Shown: in pieces, positions 61,397 through 64,000 of the stretch
Layout of the letters: each line of letters starts with the position of its first letter
How positions within the stretch are numbered: the stretch's first letter is position 1
Origin: Tubulanus polymorphus
Lineage: Eukaryota > Animalia > Nemertea
NCBI RefSeq assembly: GCF_964204645.1
Contig: NC_134025.1
Span: forward strand, 13,144,001 to 13,208,000
Reading direction: 5' to 3'
Length of the DNA: 64,000 nucleotides
Notes under the pieces: model-generated
What the model saw: only the letters and a program-made list of their open reading frames with translations
Database searches by the model: none
Told to the model about the DNA's origin: nothing
Program-made: the position numbers and the translations under genes

Positions 61397-64000
61397 GCCA
61401 TTTTAGTGATGACCAGTTACTTTATGAAATGTATTCACTCGACGGCGAATGTGACTATATTTAGTTGTTAGTGTACATATTGTGTGATTGTGAGTGGTGC
61501 TCAACGAGGTGTCGTGTAAATTAGAGATATTCAAACCGCGCGTCATGTCTCGTGAGAATTTCAGTCCTGCCTGGGTTGCCAGTGATCCAAGAGACCTGTG
61601 TGTGATAGAATGATACAAATTCCTTGGTGACAGCTGGTTTAGTTTCTGTGGAAACTCAGGCTGTGAACTGATTAGCTGTGGCGAATAATACTAAAGCAGT
61701 GTTGTCCGGAGTTGATTTTTATTGATGGATGATATTTGCGTAAAGAATTTTTCGTCATTGGGATTTGATACATTTATACTGAATGATCATAGAGACATTG
61801 CCAGATGGCTTGCTCGTAGTAGGTTTCTGACATAACAAATTTATCTTGAATCAGTCATCAATGAGTGATATATTCTTGTACGAATTAACAGCCTGTAGTG
61901 GCACCCCTGGGAACATATTTGATGACTACAGTGAAAGGCTTGTGCTTCTAGCCCCGAAGGGCTATTGGGTTCACTTTTTATCCATCGTCTATCTAGATGG
62001 AGTCAAATTCTTTTGAGAAGCTGATAATATTCTATGATTAATTTTGAAAGATATCATGGGAAATTTTGGAAATGCAGCTTTGGTTTGTATACACATCCAT
62101 ATAGAGGACCCATCCTCACAAGAAGAATTGTGTCAATCAGATTCAAGATGTCTATTGTCATTATTTACCTGAATCCTAGAGCCTGTAGCTGCTTTGTGGT
62201 TTACTATATCACATGGAAATTTCAGAAGGGAACTTGAACATGCTCTTTAACATTGGTTTCTTTATATGTTCACCAGGGTGCTTTATATGTTGAAATTGTC
62301 TGATTTTCAAGCAGTTTACAAGTTTCCAAGTGGGCATGGTCTCCTCGGACCTCTAGTTTTCTAAGTCAGTGACTGATTACGTTCATGTCTATCTGGATTT
62401 CTTATCAAGAAGAGTTTTAATTAACAGCCTTAGAAATACATGGCCGCTGAGATGTCATTATTTCAGAATCGTAGTAAATCAGGTTTTCATTTCCTTATCA
62501 AATAGGCATTATGTAAATAAATGTAATGTCTGAGATTAATATCTGGAATCTCAGGTTGACAGTGTTTCGAATGATTGCCGGCATCCTCTTAAACCAACTG
62601 TGTCAGGGTCAAATTCCCTTTCACTTCAAGTACATGTACTTCTGATGATGCAGATGCAATATAAGGAAAGAAAGCACATAAGTCATGCTATGGCAGAAGA
62701 TGCATATATGAAGTGCCCAAACATGATTTGATTCAGACAGGTCCAGGTAAAAGATTGAATGACTACTATTTTGCTAGGTTATCTGCATCGTTGAAATCAT
62801 TATGACATTTAGGCCGGATTTTTTCATAGTCATACATGGTTTATCTCGTACCGGTATGTACAGTTCTTTATATGATAACTAATAATTGTATTGTAATCAA
62901 TATGCTGCTGAGTTAAAGAGGTTTTCTCGTAATGCTAACTTATTTTTGTGTAGGTAAATACGGCAACTGTAATATGATTTATCTGTGGTGTCTATTACTT
63001 ATTTCAAGTGTTTACCTCGCTAATGAAGCGAAAGTTTATTGTTGCCTAATTCAAAGAGGTATTCTCGATCATGTTTGATTTTAGATAATTGTTGATTTCC
63101 AAGCAGCCCCATAAGCATTTTGCACATTTTACTGAATTCGGGAATAATGTTAAGTTGATTGAAATGCACTTTTGACAGGAAATGTTGTATAAAGCTCAGC
63201 TTTCAGTAAATTTAAAAGTTTTCTTTATTGTATGTAACTTGTAAGTCAAGTAGATTGAAGTGCCAATTTTGTGTGTAATTTGTTGTTGTTTTTTTTGTTT
63301 TGTTTTGTATAAATATGTATAATATGTATTTATCCATCAACTTACTCATTGTAGGTCTTTCCATCCTGTCCTTCTAACTTGTAGTCCTTCATAGAATGAA
63401 ACAAAATTTTCTAAGCATGTGAGAGAAAGGCTGGCTTCTAGAAGTTCCCTGGCAAATTATGTATACCTGGTAACTAAAAATCTCCTATACCGGTACCTGG
63501 TATAAATACAGTGAAACTTACCAAAACATTGGATGCATTTAAATCCGATCATTTTTTAATAGTATTTTGATAAAGAACTATTTTTAACACGAGTACAGAA
63601 TTTTCATTTTCATTTCAGGAAAAATTAAGTTTTTTTTAAGGCACATTACTGAAGAGAGGCTTATTCTGCAAAATAATCATTTGTTTATCCTTGGGCTTAG
63701 GCTGTGTGAATTCACTTTTTGTCCATCATTGGGGCAAACATTCATTATTAATAGAAAAAATTTAGCTGACTTGGGGCTAAGCAGAATCAAGATGGCTGAC
63801 TGGCAGCTATTTTTGCCAGGCAAAATCAGGACTTTTTACTTAGCTTTCATGATGTTTCAATTGTTTCGAAGTTTGGTATGTATGTAATGTGGTTAGATAT
63901 AAAATCCTATGATGATTACAAATTATGCGGAAAAACAGTAGAAACAAAGTGTAGTGAGCTATTACACGATCTCATAAAATCATCACTTCTTGTATATTTT

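Overview
This is AT-rich, intron-rich animal genomic DNA. The splice signals, gene content and repeat types suggest a marine invertebrate bilaterian, probably a lophotrochozoan (inference). Two complete multi-exon host genes lie on the + strand: CDC27/APC3 (18 coding exons, 11858-43232, 838 aa) and an activin/TGF-beta type I receptor of the ALK4/5/7-baboon class (11 coding exons, 49880-61396, 508 aa). Introns and intergenic DNA are filled with transposon relics: MULE, RTE/RTE-X/CR1-like LINE ends, BEL/Pao, hAT-, Harbinger-, Tc1- and piggyBac-like MITEs, and Helentron-like elements with ~150-bp internal repeats. The most unusual structure is a pair of related, very AT-rich elements (3521-5202 and 6397-~8630). 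They carry AGTAAT...ATTACT hairpins, inverted short-repeat arrays and a shuffled set of small intronless virus-like ORFs (LC8-type GIQC motifs, C2H2-type fingers, transmembrane plus coiled coil), with no transposase, integrase or polymerase. Also notable are TE-borne arrays of CTCF-like motifs, a double B-box palindrome just upstream of the receptor start codon, and many TAGGCCTA/TACATGTA excision-footprint-like insertions. All coordinates were read by eye; family assignments are by motif recognition, not database search.
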